From an uncultured Mycoplasmatota bacterium (GTDB lineage Bacteria; Bacillota_I; Bacilli_A; RF39; UBA660), in contig CAMVED010000004.1 of the NCBI GenBank assembly GCA_947166445.1, positions 2,617 through 66,616 of the forward strand: a stretch of 64,000 bases of DNA, given 5' to 3'. Positions 9,088 through 18,341 of this stretch are shown in pieces (position 1 is the first letter of the stretch; every line of letters begins with the position of its first letter). Both the position numbers and the translations under genes were made by a program. The notes under the pieces are model-generated. The model saw nothing but the letters and a program-made list of their open reading frames with translations. It was not told the DNA's origin and did no database searches.

Positions 9088-10483
9088 AACAATAAAATCC
9101 TTTATTGAAGTGTTATCATCTAATATATATAATTTATTAATAGGAATTATATTAGGTTTTATTGCACCTAAAATATTAGGTCCACTTGAATATGGCTTTT
9201 GGGCGTTATTTGCCTTATACTTATCTTATGCTGGGATTCTTGTTTTTGGTGTTTCTGATGGATTATATCTAAATTATGGTGGATTCTTGTATAAAGATTT
9301 AGATTATAAAAAAATACGCTCTTGCTATTTTTTTACAAGCGTTTATTTAATCATTGTAATGATTATCTTTAATATTATAATTGGTTTTCTAAATTTTGAT
9401 AACAATTATTTATTGCTCTTTAGATTGTTGTCTTTTGCTTCAGTCCTAACATGCTTAAATGGATTATTAATTTTAATTAATCAAGCAACAGCTAGATTCA
9501 AAATATATTCTATCGCGAATATACTACCAAAAACATTAATTGCATTATCTGTTGTTTTCTTAGTCTTTTTTAATAAGAAATCATTTGTACTAATTGTTAT
9601 AGGAAATATAGTAGGCTTAATTATAACTAATTTGTTTTTGGTAATAAAATCAAAAGAATTAGTAATTGGAAAATTGGAATTTGGTAGAAATATTATTTCA
9701 GAAATAGTTTTCAATATTAAAGCTGGATTACCATTGACTATTACTGGAATTGCCTCTATGCTAATGATGGGGTTTGGTAAGTTTTTAATTGAGTCAAAAT
9801 TAGGAGTTACTGCTTTAGGATATTATAGTTTTGCTTTTTCTTTAATTACAATTTTTACTCAAGTTATATATGCAATATCAACTATAATTTATCCTTTAGT
9901 TAAGAGAAAACCTAGAGATATTGAAAAAATATTTAGTATTATTGATTATGCTATAGTTTATTTGTCTGGATTAATACTATTGTTATATTTTCCATGTAGA
10001 TATTTATTAGGCATTTTATTCACTAATTACTCGAACTCATTTGGTTGTTTACTATATTTATTTCCAATAGTAATTTGTGATGCTCGAATAATTTTAACTT
10101 TTTCAAGTAAATATAAAATTGAGAGAAAGGAAAGACTATTATTAAAGGTATTATTAATTTCAATATCATTTTGTATATTTACTACTGTTATTTTATTTAG
10201 TTTATTTAATACAATTGAAATTGTTGCATTTTCTACATATATTGGTTTTGTTTTTTGGCAAACTATTTTATCTATTAAAGATGGTAGTTTTAAAATAACA
10301 CTTGATTACTTATTTGAAATACTTTATTTTATTTGTTACTTGATGTTTGGGTGGAGTTTACACTGCTTTATCATTACTATAATAGTTTTTATAATAGTTT
10401 ATATAGTTATTAGAAAAGAAATAAAGAGTAAACTACAATTGTTATTAAAATATATAAGAGGAGGTTCGAATGAAAAAAGATAA
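9065..10483 (+). CDS. Wzx-type polysaccharide flippase (MOP superfamily)
   Basis: 472 aa with about 12-14 TM segments, in a cps locus. The start is uncertain because the ORF overlaps the upstream gene by 23 nt. Confidence 0.7.
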   Translation: METTVMNKTIKSFIEVLSSNIYNLLIGIILGFIAPKILGPLEYGFWALFALYLSYAGILVFGVSDGLYLNYGGFLYKDLDYKKIRSCYFFTSVYLIIVMIIFNIIIGFLNFDNNYLLLFRLLSFASVLTCLNGLLILINQATARFKIYSIANILPKTLIALSVVFLVFFNKKSFVLIVIGNIVGLIITNLFLVIKSKELVIGKLEFGRNIISEIVFNIKAGLPLTITGIASMLMMGFGKFLIESKLGVTALGYYSFAFSLITIFTQVIYAISTIIYPLVKRKPRDIEKIFSIIDYAIVYLSGLILLLYFPCRYLLGILFTNYSNSFGCLLYLFPIVICDARIILTFSSKYKIERKERLLLKVLLISISFCIFTTVILFSLFNTIEIVAFSTYIGFVFWQTILSIKDGSFKITLDYLFEILYFICYLMFGWSLHCFIITIIVFIIVYIVIRKEIKSKLQLLLKYIRGGSNEKR

Positions 10484-11735
10484 AGTTTTATTCATGCTTG
10501 GGTCATATTATAATCAACCTTTTGCTAATGGGATATGTACTAGAAAGTTAGTTTTAGAGTTTTTAAATAGGGACTTTGATGTAGATGTTTTATGTTATAC
10601 GAATAGTGCTGATACAACTGCTAAAACACAAGATGGGGCTAATATTTTTTTTGTAAAAAATATGTTATCGTTAAGGTTAGTTAATTATGCTAGAAAGAAC
10701 AATAATATACTTTTAGAAAAATTTGGTTTTTTATTATATAGAATAAAAAAGATTATTTATTATCCTTTATTTAATGTTGTTTCACCATTTTATTATTTTA
10801 ACTATTTAAAAAAAGCTAAGATATTAATGAAAAATAAAGAGTATTCAATTATTATTAGTGTATTTCAACCAATAGAAGCTTTATTATCGGGTAAAAGACT
10901 AAAGGAAAAAAATCCAAATGTGAAATATATACTTTATACTTTGGATACACTAACTAATAAAAAAATTAATAATAGTATAATAAATAATATAGATAAGAAA
11001 ATAGGGTATAAAATTGAAAAAAAGACGTATCAGAAGGCTGATTTAATAATCAATATGTTATGTCACAAAGATCATTATAGTATTGATTTCTATAATAATT
11101 ATAAAGATAAGATGGTAATATTAGATATTCCGCTATTATGTAATAATCAAAATAAATCAGAGTATTGTCATACTATTTTAAATCCTAAAAAAATAAACTT
11201 TATTTATTCAGGATGGATTCCGTCAAATCCAACTCCTTATTGTGATTTTTTTACAAAGTTGAATACAAAAAATAGTAATATTGTTCTAAATTTTTTTGGA
11301 AGAGGTTCGTGGGATTCAGTATTAAACAATATATCTAAAAGTCAAAATAATATAATTAATCATGGTTATATTGAGCATTCGACTTTGATGAAAGCTTTTG
11401 AAGATGCAGATGGATTTATTTCGTGGCAAAAAAAAGATACACAAATGGTATCTTCTAAAGTTCTAGAGTATATGTCTACTGGGAAAAAAATTATTCATTT
11501 TTACTCTACTTCGGATGATGTAATGCTTTATTATATCGGCAAATATGACAATTCGTTACTTATTAATTTAAATGATGATTACAATACAAATATTAAAAAG
11601 ACAATAGAATTTATAAACAATAAAAATAAAGAAATTGATTTTCGTTCCATAAGGAAAAAGTTGAAAGAAAATACACCTGAATATACTGTAGATACTATAT
11701 TAAAAAAGATTAATTATAAAAAAGGAGTGAAATGA
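10470..11735 (+). CDS. Hypothetical protein, possibly a divergent GT-B glycosyltransferase
   Basis: 421 aa. Only weak GT-like features (C-terminal VSSKVLEYMSTGKKIIHF). I recognise no family. Embedded in the operon with a 14-nt overlap. Confidence 0.4.
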   Translation: MKKDKVLFMLGSYYNQPFANGICTRKLVLEFLNRDFDVDVLCYTNSADTTAKTQDGANIFFVKNMLSLRLVNYARKNNNILLEKFGFLLYRIKKIIYYPLFNVVSPFYYFNYLKKAKILMKNKEYSIIISVFQPIEALLSGKRLKEKNPNVKYILYTLDTLTNKKINNSIINNIDKKIGYKIEKKTYQKADLIINMLCHKDHYSIDFYNNYKDKMVILDIPLLCNNQNKSEYCHTILNPKKINFIYSGWIPSNPTPYCDFFTKLNTKNSNIVLNFFGRGSWDSVLNNISKSQNNIINHGYIEHSTLMKAFEDADGFISWQKKDTQMVSSKVLEYMSTGKKIIHFYSTSDDVMLYYIGKYDNSLLINLNDDYNTNIKKTIEFINNKNKEIDFRSIRKKLKENTPEYTVDTILKKINYKKGVK

Positions 11736-11736
11736 A

Positions 11737-12789
11737 ATGAGTAATTTTAAAGGAAAAACATTGATGATAACTGGAGGAACAGGATCATTTGGAAATACTG
11801 TTTTAAAGCATTTTTTAAAAAGTGATATTGGAGAAATTAGAATATTTTCTAGGGATGAAAAAAAGCAAGATGATATGAGACATGAATTGCAAGCTAAATA
11901 TCCTGAATATTCTAATAAAGTAACATTTTATATTGGAGATGTTAGAAATCTGCAAAGTGTTAGGGATGCTATGGCAGGAGTTGATTACATCTTTCATGCT
12001 GCAGCACTTAAACAAGTTCCAAGTTGTGAATTTTATCCAATGGAGGCTGTTCGTACTAATATAATAGGTACTGATAACGTTCTTCATGCAGCTATGGAAG
12101 AGGGAGTAAAAAAAGTAGTTTGTTTAAGTACAGATAAAGCTGCTTATCCAATAAATGCTATGGGCACTTCTAAAGCAATGATGGAAAAAGTTATTTTTGC
12201 AAATGCTAGAATTTCTGCTCAAAGGGGAGGTCCTGTAATTTGTTGTACTAGATATGGAAATGTAATGTGTTCTAGAGGTAGTGTAATACCATTATTTATA
12301 GATCAAATAAAATCTGGAAGGCCTATTACTATAACAGATCCTAATATGACTAGATTTTTAATGAATTTGGATGAAGCAGTAGATTTAGTGCAATTTGCAT
12401 TTGAACATGCAAAACCTGGTGATTTGTTTATTCAAAAGTCAGATGCTTCTACTATAGGAGATCTTGCTAAAGCAGTACAAAAATTATTTGGAGATACTGG
12501 TACAAATATAATAGGTACTAGACATGGTGAGAAATTATTTGAAACATTGATGACTAGAGAAGAAAGATTAAGATGTGAAGATATGGGAAATTACTATAGA
12601 GTTGCTGCAGATTCAAGAGACTTAAATTATGATAAGTTTGTAGTTGATGGAGAAGTTAAGACAATGGCTGATGAATCTTATACTTCACATAATACAAGAA
12701 GACTTGATGTTGATGGTACTGTTGAAAAAATTCTTACAACTGATTATGTTCAAGAAGAATTAAAAAAATGGAAAGAAGAGCATAAATAG
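11737..12789 (+). CDS. fnlA: UDP-N-acetylglucosamine 4,6-dehydratase/5-epimerase (CapE/FnlA/WbjB)
   Basis: 350 aa. Near-colinear match from memory to S. aureus Cap5E: LITGGTGSFGN, IRIFSRDEKKQDDM, HAAALKQVPSCEF, LSTDKAAYPINAMG, RYGNVM-SRGSVIPLFIDQIK. Confidence 0.9.
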   Translation: MSNFKGKTLMITGGTGSFGNTVLKHFLKSDIGEIRIFSRDEKKQDDMRHELQAKYPEYSNKVTFYIGDVRNLQSVRDAMAGVDYIFHAAALKQVPSCEFYPMEAVRTNIIGTDNVLHAAMEEGVKKVVCLSTDKAAYPINAMGTSKAMMEKVIFANARISAQRGGPVICCTRYGNVMCSRGSVIPLFIDQIKSGRPITITDPNMTRFLMNLDEAVDLVQFAFEHAKPGDLFIQKSDASTIGDLAKAVQKLFGDTGTNIIGTRHGEKLFETLMTREERLRCEDMGNYYRVAADSRDLNYDKFVVDGEVKTMADESYTSHNTRRLDVDGTVEKILTTDYVQEELKKWKEEHK

Positions 12790-12798
12790 GAGTTTTTT

Positions 12799-13998
12799 AT
12801 GAAAATATTGGTAACTGGATCAAATGGTTTTGTTGGCAAAAATTTAGTAGAATCTTTAAAGAATGTTCGTGATAATAAAGATAGAACAAGGCCTAATTTA
12901 AACATTGAAAAAATATATGAATTTGATAGAGATACGGATATTTCTCTACTAGATGAATATTGTAAAGATTGTGATTTTGTATTTAATTTAGCAGGTGTTA
13001 ATCGTCCAAAAGATAATTCAGAATTTATGAAAGGGAATTTTGGTTTTGCAGAAACACTACTTGATACATTAAAAAAACATAATAATAAATGTCCTGTAAT
13101 GTTATCTTCATCTATTCAAGCAACTTTAATAGGTAGATATGGAGAAAGTGATTATGGAAAAAGTAAACTTGAAGGAGAAAAATTATTCTTTGATTATTCT
13201 AAAGAAAATGATGTTAAAGTTTTAGTATATAGATTTCCTAATTTATTTGGTAAATGGTGTAAGCCAAATTATAATAGTGTAATAGCAACTTGGTGTTATA
13301 ATGTTGCAAATGATTTAGAAATAAAAGTTAATGATCCAAATGCTGAACTTGAACTGGCTTATATAGATGATGTTGTAAAGGAATTACTTGATGCATTAGA
13401 AGGTAAAGAACATCACTGTGAATTTGATGAATTAAATGTTGTAGAAAAAGATGATGGTAAGTATTGTTATGTACCTATAACACATAAAGTAACTCTTGAT
13501 GAAATAGTTAATTTATTAACTTGCTTTAAGAATCAACCTAACTCTATAGTAATGCTTGAAATACCTAATAATTCATTTGCTAAAAAGTTATATTCAACAT
13601 ACTTATCTTATTTACCAAAAGAAAAAGTAAAATTTGAATTAAAAATGAATACTGATAATAGGGGTAGTTTTACTGAATTATTAAAAACAGAAAATTGTGG
13701 ACAATTCTCTGTTAATATAAGTAAACCTGGTATTACTAAAGGACAACATTGGCATCATTCAAAATGGGAAATTTTTATGGTAGTTAGTGGACATGCTTTA
13801 ATACAAGAAAGAAAAATAGGAACTGATGAATTATTAGAGTTTGAAGTAAGTGGAGATAAAATAGAAGCAGTTCATATGTTACCGGGATATACTCATAATA
13901 TTATAAATTTATCAAAAACTGATAATTTAATTACAGTAATGTGGGCAAATGAATTATTTGATAACAATCATCCTGACACCTATTTTGAGGAGGTATAA
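12799..13998 (+). CDS. fnlB: UDP-2-acetamido-2,6-dideoxy-L-talose-forming reductase (CapF/FnlB/WbjC), with a C-terminal cupin domain
   Basis: 399 aa. Contains GFVGKNL, LAGVNRP, NLFGKWCKPNYNSVIATWCYN, NISKPGITKGQHWHH and PDTYFEEV, matching Cap5F. Confidence 0.9.
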   Translation: MKILVTGSNGFVGKNLVESLKNVRDNKDRTRPNLNIEKIYEFDRDTDISLLDEYCKDCDFVFNLAGVNRPKDNSEFMKGNFGFAETLLDTLKKHNNKCPVMLSSSIQATLIGRYGESDYGKSKLEGEKLFFDYSKENDVKVLVYRFPNLFGKWCKPNYNSVIATWCYNVANDLEIKVNDPNAELELAYIDDVVKELLDALEGKEHHCEFDELNVVEKDDGKYCYVPITHKVTLDEIVNLLTCFKNQPNSIVMLEIPNNSFAKKLYSTYLSYLPKEKVKFELKMNTDNRGSFTELLKTENCGQFSVNISKPGITKGQHWHHSKWEIFMVVSGHALIQERKIGTDELLEFEVSGDKIEAVHMLPGYTHNIINLSKTDNLITVMWANELFDNNHPDTYFEEV

Positions 13999-14001
13999 TT
14001 T

Positions 14002-15186
14002 ATGAAAATAAAAACTGATTATAGTGATATTAAATGGAAGAATAATGGTAAGTTAAAACTACTTATTATTGTTGGTACTAGGCCTGAAATAATAAGACTT
14101 AGTGCTGTTATTACTAAATGTAGAAAGTATTTTGATTGTATACTTGCTCATACTGGTCAAAACTATGATTATAATTTAAATGGTGTATTTTTTAAAGATT
14201 TAAAATTAGATAATCCTGAAGTATATATGGATGCAGTAGGAGATGATTTGGGAGAAACAGTAGGAAACATAATAAACTGTTCATATAAACTTATGAATAC
14301 CATTAAACCTGATGCATTATTAATACTTGGAGATACTAATAGTTGTTTAAGCGCAATAAGTGCTAAAAGATTACATATACCAATTTTTCATATGGAAGCT
14401 GGTAATAGATGTAAAGATGAGTGTTTACCTGAAGAAACTAATAGAAGAATTGTAGATATTATTTCAGATGTTAACTTAGCATATTCTGAACACGCTAGAA
14501 AATATTTGCATGAATGTGGACTTCCTAAAGAAAGAGTATATGTAACAGGTTCTCCAATGGCAGAAGTATTACGAAATAATATAACAGAAATTCAAAATTC
14601 TGATATTCTTAGTAAACTTAATTTAGAACCTCGAAAATATATACTTTTATCTGCTCATAGAGAAGAAAATATAGATACAAAGGAAAACTTTGAATCATTA
14701 TTTAATGCAATCAATAAAATGGCTGAAAAATATGATATGAAGGTATTATATTCATGTCATCCAAGAAGCAGAAAAAGACTAGAAGAAAGTGGTTTTAAAT
14801 TAGATAAAAGAGTTATTATGCATGAACCATTAGGATTCCATGATTATAATAATCTTCAAATGAATGCATATGCTGTTGTAAGTGATTCGGGCACACTTCC
14901 AGAAGAAAGTAGTTTTTATACTGGTATTGGAAAAAGTTTTCCAGCAATATGTATTAGAACAAGTACAGAACGTCCAGAAGCTCTTGATAAAGCTTGTTTT
15001 ATATTAGCAGGTATAAATGAAAAAGATTTATTACAAGCAGTTGATACTGCAGTAGAAATGAATAAAGAAAAAGATTCAGGTATTCCAGTACCAGATTATA
15101 TTGAAGAAAATGTATCTACAAAAGTAGTAAAAATAATTCAAAGTTATACTGGTGTAGTAGATAAGATGGTGTGGAGAAAAAAATAG
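14002..15186 (+). CDS. fnlC: UDP-N-acetylglucosamine (UDP-L-TalNAc) 2-epimerase, non-hydrolysing (CapG/FnlC/WbjD)
   Basis: 394 aa. GTRPEIIRL, HTGQNYD, GDTNS and HMEAGNRC are 2-epimerase motifs. It is the third gene of the conserved fnlABC triad. Confidence 0.9.
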   Translation: MKIKTDYSDIKWKNNGKLKLLIIVGTRPEIIRLSAVITKCRKYFDCILAHTGQNYDYNLNGVFFKDLKLDNPEVYMDAVGDDLGETVGNIINCSYKLMNTIKPDALLILGDTNSCLSAISAKRLHIPIFHMEAGNRCKDECLPEETNRRIVDIISDVNLAYSEHARKYLHECGLPKERVYVTGSPMAEVLRNNITEIQNSDILSKLNLEPRKYILLSAHREENIDTKENFESLFNAINKMAEKYDMKVLYSCHPRSRKRLEESGFKLDKRVIMHEPLGFHDYNNLQMNAYAVVSDSGTLPEESSFYTGIGKSFPAICIRTSTERPEALDKACFILAGINEKDLLQAVDTAVEMNKEKDSGIPVPDYIEENVSTKVVKIIQSYTGVVDKMVWRKK

Positions 15187-15203
15187 TATAGTTCTTTATA
15201 TGA

Positions 15204-15240
15204 AAAAGATTATAAAAACGTTTTAATAATCTTTTTTATT
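15204..15240 (+). terminator. Rho-independent terminator after fnlC
   Basis: AAAAGATTAT (15204-15213) pairs with ATAATCTTTT (15226-15235). The loop is itself self-complementary (AAAACGTTTT), and T-rich sequence follows. Confidence 0.6.
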
Positions 15241-15278
15241 TGGTATAATAGACTAGTAATAATTCTTGGAGGTGTGTT

Positions 15279-16745
15279 ATGGAAGAACATGAACATAGAA
15301 GAAAACATAAACATAGTTTAATTAGAAGATCTAATAGGATATTATCTATTATTGTTGATTTAGTATTTATTTTATTATGTTTATTTATTGTTAAAATTGA
15401 TATTATTCCTGATAAATATGTATTTTTAATTGGGTCTGTTTTAGGACTTGTTGGACTAATTCATACAATTATATGTTTTAAAATGAGAAAAAAGGTTGTA
15501 AGTGCATTTTTAATTATTTTATCTATAATATATTGTCTTGGGTCTTTATTTGGTATTTATTATTTAAACACTACTGGAAAGTTCTTTTCTAATATTAAAG
15601 AGGTTAAGGAACAAAGTATATATTATGTGGTTGTTAATAAGGAATCTAGTTATAATAATTTAAAAGATCTTGATGGAAAAAAACTTGGTGTTTTTGAAAA
15701 TCAATCTAATAATTATAAACAAGCTTTAGAAAGAGTAAAAAAGGATGTTAATGTTTCTGAAAAATCTTATGATAATGTAAATAATATTATTAAAGATTTA
15801 TATGATAATAGTATTGATTCTTTACTTATTAATTCTAATAACTATGACATGCTTGGAGAAAACTCTGTTGATTTTATTAGTAAAACTAGGATTATTAAGA
15901 AGTTATCTATTGAAGTTATAAAAAGAGAAATAGAAGAAGAAACTAAAGCTAAAGAACCATTTTCTGTTTATATAAGTGGTATTGATACTAATGGTGATAT
16001 TAGTAATGTTTCTAGAAGTGATGTTAATATTATTGCTACTATTAATCCTGGTACTAATGAAGTATTGCTTACTAGTATTCCTAGAGATTATTATGTGCAA
16101 TTACATGACACAACAGGTCTTCGTGATAAATTAACACATGCAGGAATATATGGTATTGATATGAGCATGAATACTATATCTGATTTACTTGATACTAATA
16201 TTAATTATTATTTAAGAGTTAATTTTGATACTGTTATTAAGATGGTTGATGCTGTTGGAGGAGTTAGTGTTTACTCTGATCAAGCATTTAATGCTGGAGG
16301 ATATAGTTTTGTTAAAGGTATGAATAATTTAGATGGTAAGAAAGCTTTAGCATATGCTAGAGAAAGACACTCTTTTAAAGAAGGGGATAGAAAAAGAGGA
16401 AAACATCAACAACAAATTATTACTGCTTTAGTTAAAAAGATATCATCTTCTTCAGTACTTCTTACTAATTATTCTAGTATTATGTCTGGTTTATCTGATT
16501 CATTTCAAACTAATGTATCTGATTCTATGATTAAAAGATTAATAAAAATTCAACTTAATGAAATGAATAGTTGGAATATTAAATCTATTAGTTTAGATGG
16601 AACAGGTTCTAGTGACTATACTTATAGTATGCCAGGTACACAGTTATACGTAATGATACCTGATGAAAATACTGTAAAACGTGCAAGTGACGCTATTAAT
16701 GGAATGTTAGATAATAAAACACTTAGTGAACTTGGTATTAATTAA
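15279..16745 (+). CDS. LytR-CpsA-Psr (LCP) family polymer-to-peptidoglycan transferase
   Basis: 488 aa. N-terminal TM segments, then the LCP core (SIPRDYYV, HAGIYG, YARERHSFKEGDRKRGKHQQQ). An extended -10 element (TGGTATAAT, 15241-15249) lies upstream. Confidence 0.85.
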   Translation: MEEHEHRRKHKHSLIRRSNRILSIIVDLVFILLCLFIVKIDIIPDKYVFLIGSVLGLVGLIHTIICFKMRKKVVSAFLIILSIIYCLGSLFGIYYLNTTGKFFSNIKEVKEQSIYYVVVNKESSYNNLKDLDGKKLGVFENQSNNYKQALERVKKDVNVSEKSYDNVNNIIKDLYDNSIDSLLINSNNYDMLGENSVDFISKTRIIKKLSIEVIKREIEEETKAKEPFSVYISGIDTNGDISNVSRSDVNIIATINPGTNEVLLTSIPRDYYVQLHDTTGLRDKLTHAGIYGIDMSMNTISDLLDTNINYYLRVNFDTVIKMVDAVGGVSVYSDQAFNAGGYSFVKGMNNLDGKKALAYARERHSFKEGDRKRGKHQQQIITALVKKISSSSVLLTNYSSIMSGLSDSFQTNVSDSMIKRLIKIQLNEMNSWNIKSISLDGTGSSDYTYSMPGTQLYVMIPDENTVKRASDAINGMLDNKTLSELGIN

Positions 16746-17197
16746 TGAAAAGATATGTGTATTTAGTACTTACTATTATTTGGATTATTGTAATATTTCT
16801 ATTTTCTAGTCAAAGTGGTAGTACTAGTAGTGATACAAGTCATGGATTTGTTAACAGTTTAGTTAATATCTATGAAAAAGTTTCTGGTAAAGATGTTGAT
16901 AATGAGTTAATTGTTAAAAAGTTAAATCATCCTGTTAGAAAAACTGCTCATTTTGTTGAATTCTTTATACTGGGTGTATTAGTATTTCTATTTATTAATA
17001 CATTTGATATAAATAAAAAGATTATTATTTCAATATTATTTTGTTTTATTATTGCTTGTTGTGATGAGTTTCATCAAATGTTTTCTATCAATAGAGGTCC
17101 AGGTGTTATAGATGTATTAATTGATACTTTTGGAGGGGTTACTGCTATAGTAATACTTGGTAGGAAAATTATATATGATTATTTTAAAAAGGCTTAG
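16745..17197 (+). CDS. VanZ-family membrane protein
   Basis: 150 aa with 4 TM segments. KTAHFVEFFILG and DEFHQ motifs are typical of VanZ-like proteins. The start overlaps the LCP stop. Confidence 0.75.
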   Translation: MKRYVYLVLTIIWIIVIFLFSSQSGSTSSDTSHGFVNSLVNIYEKVSGKDVDNELIVKKLNHPVRKTAHFVEFFILGVLVFLFINTFDINKKIIISILFCFIIACCDEFHQMFSINRGPGVIDVLIDTFGGVTAIVILGRKIIYDYFKKA

Positions 17198-17207
17198 GCC
17201 TTTTTTT
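17186..17207 (+). terminator. Rho-independent terminator ending the polysaccharide locus
   Basis: AAAAAGGC (17186-17193), loop TTAG, GCCTTTTT (17198-17205), then a T-run. Confidence 0.6.
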
Positions 17208-17371
17208 CTTTTGTAAGTATGAAATATAAGAATTGATTAGTTTTGATTTTATCAAATATTTATTTGTTTATTTTAAATATAATGTTTTGTTTATTAGATT
17301 GATCTTATTTTTAAAGAATAGTTATTTTACATGTGGAAATATATGTTGTATATTTCTTTAGAGGTGGTTTT

Positions 17372-18310
17372 GTGGAAGAGAATAAATTAATTATTGAAGA
17401 TATTAAAATAGAAAATATGATTTATGAAATAAGAGGTAAACAAGTAATGTTAGATAGTGATTTAGCAAAACTTTATAGATGTAAGAATGGTACAAAAACT
17501 ATTAATTTAGCAGTAAAAAGGCACTTAAATAGATTTCCAGATAGGTTTATGTTTCAGTTAACTGAAGAAGAATGTAGAGTTTTGTTCTTCCAAAACGGAA
17601 TAACAAGGGAAGATTCTTCAAGGTTTCAATTTGAAACCTTGAACAAGAGTAATAATAAAAGAGGATTTAATATTAAATATTTGCCTTATGTATTCACGGA
17701 ACAAGGAGTTGCAATGCTTGCTACAGTTTTGAGAACTGAAGTAGCTGAAGAAGTTAGTGTAAGAATAATGGATGCATTTGTAGCTATGAGACATTATATT
17801 GGAAATAATGAATATAGACTTTTGAATATAGAATCTAAAATAGTAGAACATGATAGTGAAATTAGATTATTACAGGAATCATTTTCTAAGTTTGAAGATA
17901 AGAAAAAAGTAAACGATATATATTTTACTAATCAAATATATGATGCATATTCTAAGATTAAAGACATATTTTATTTATCTAAGAAAGAATTAATAATTAT
18001 AGATAGTTATGCTGATAAGACTGTTTTAGATATGATAAAAGATTTAAATATTAATGTTATTTTAATTACTAAGTCTAATAATAAATTAAATGATCTTGAT
18101 ATAGAAAAGTATAATAAGCAATATAATAATTTGATTGTTATAAGAAACAATAGTTTTCATGATAGGTATTTTATTATTGATAAAGATATTATTTATCATT
18201 GTGGTACTAGTGTTAATTATGCTGGTTCAAAAGTGTTTTCTATAAATAACCTCCAAGATAATATGGTAAAAAATGGTATTTTAGATTATTTAGTTAATTT
18301 AATTTCATAA
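17372..18310 (+). CDS. ORF6N-domain (KilA-N-related DNA-binding) protein with an uncharacterised C-terminal domain carrying an HKD-like H-x-R motif
   Basis: The probable start is GTG 17372 (AGAGGTGG 4 nt upstream) rather than the ORF-track 17333. The N-terminus IYEIRGKQVMLDSDLAKLY...NLAVKRHLNRFPDRFMFQLTEEE is the ORF6N signature. The C-terminus contains FHDRYFIIDKDIIYHCGTSVNYAGSK. Confidence 0.7.
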   Translation: MEENKLIIEDIKIENMIYEIRGKQVMLDSDLAKLYRCKNGTKTINLAVKRHLNRFPDRFMFQLTEEECRVLFFQNGITREDSSRFQFETLNKSNNKRGFNIKYLPYVFTEQGVAMLATVLRTEVAEEVSVRIMDAFVAMRHYIGNNEYRLLNIESKIVEHDSEIRLLQESFSKFEDKKKVNDIYFTNQIYDAYSKIKDIFYLSKKELIIIDSYADKTVLDMIKDLNINVILITKSNNKLNDLDIEKYNKQYNNLIVIRNNSFHDRYFIIDKDIIYHCGTSVNYAGSKVFSINNLQDNMVKNGILDYLVNLIS

Positions 18311-18313
18311 TAA

Positions 18314-18334
18314 AAAGGCAAATATTTTGCCTTT
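18314..18334. terminator. Bidirectional hairpin terminator between convergent genes
   Basis: AAAGGCAAA, loop TAT, TTTGCCTTT. It is flanked by an A-run on one side and a T-rich run on the other, and lies between the ORF6N stop (18310) and the stop of the minus-strand small ORF (18342). Confidence 0.6.
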
Positions 18335-18341
18335 CTTTATA

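Noticed and set aside
7556-17851. Antisense ORF-track entries inside cps, LCP and ORF6N genes (7556-7744, 9481-9714, 11815-12087, 15903-16100, 17618-17851, all minus strand).
   Set aside because: Each lies entirely inside a longer, motif-supported + strand gene. None has a convincing RBS. Their translations are low-complexity Ile/Asn/Phe/Ser-rich strings of the kind that arise as shadow ORFs in AT-rich DNA.
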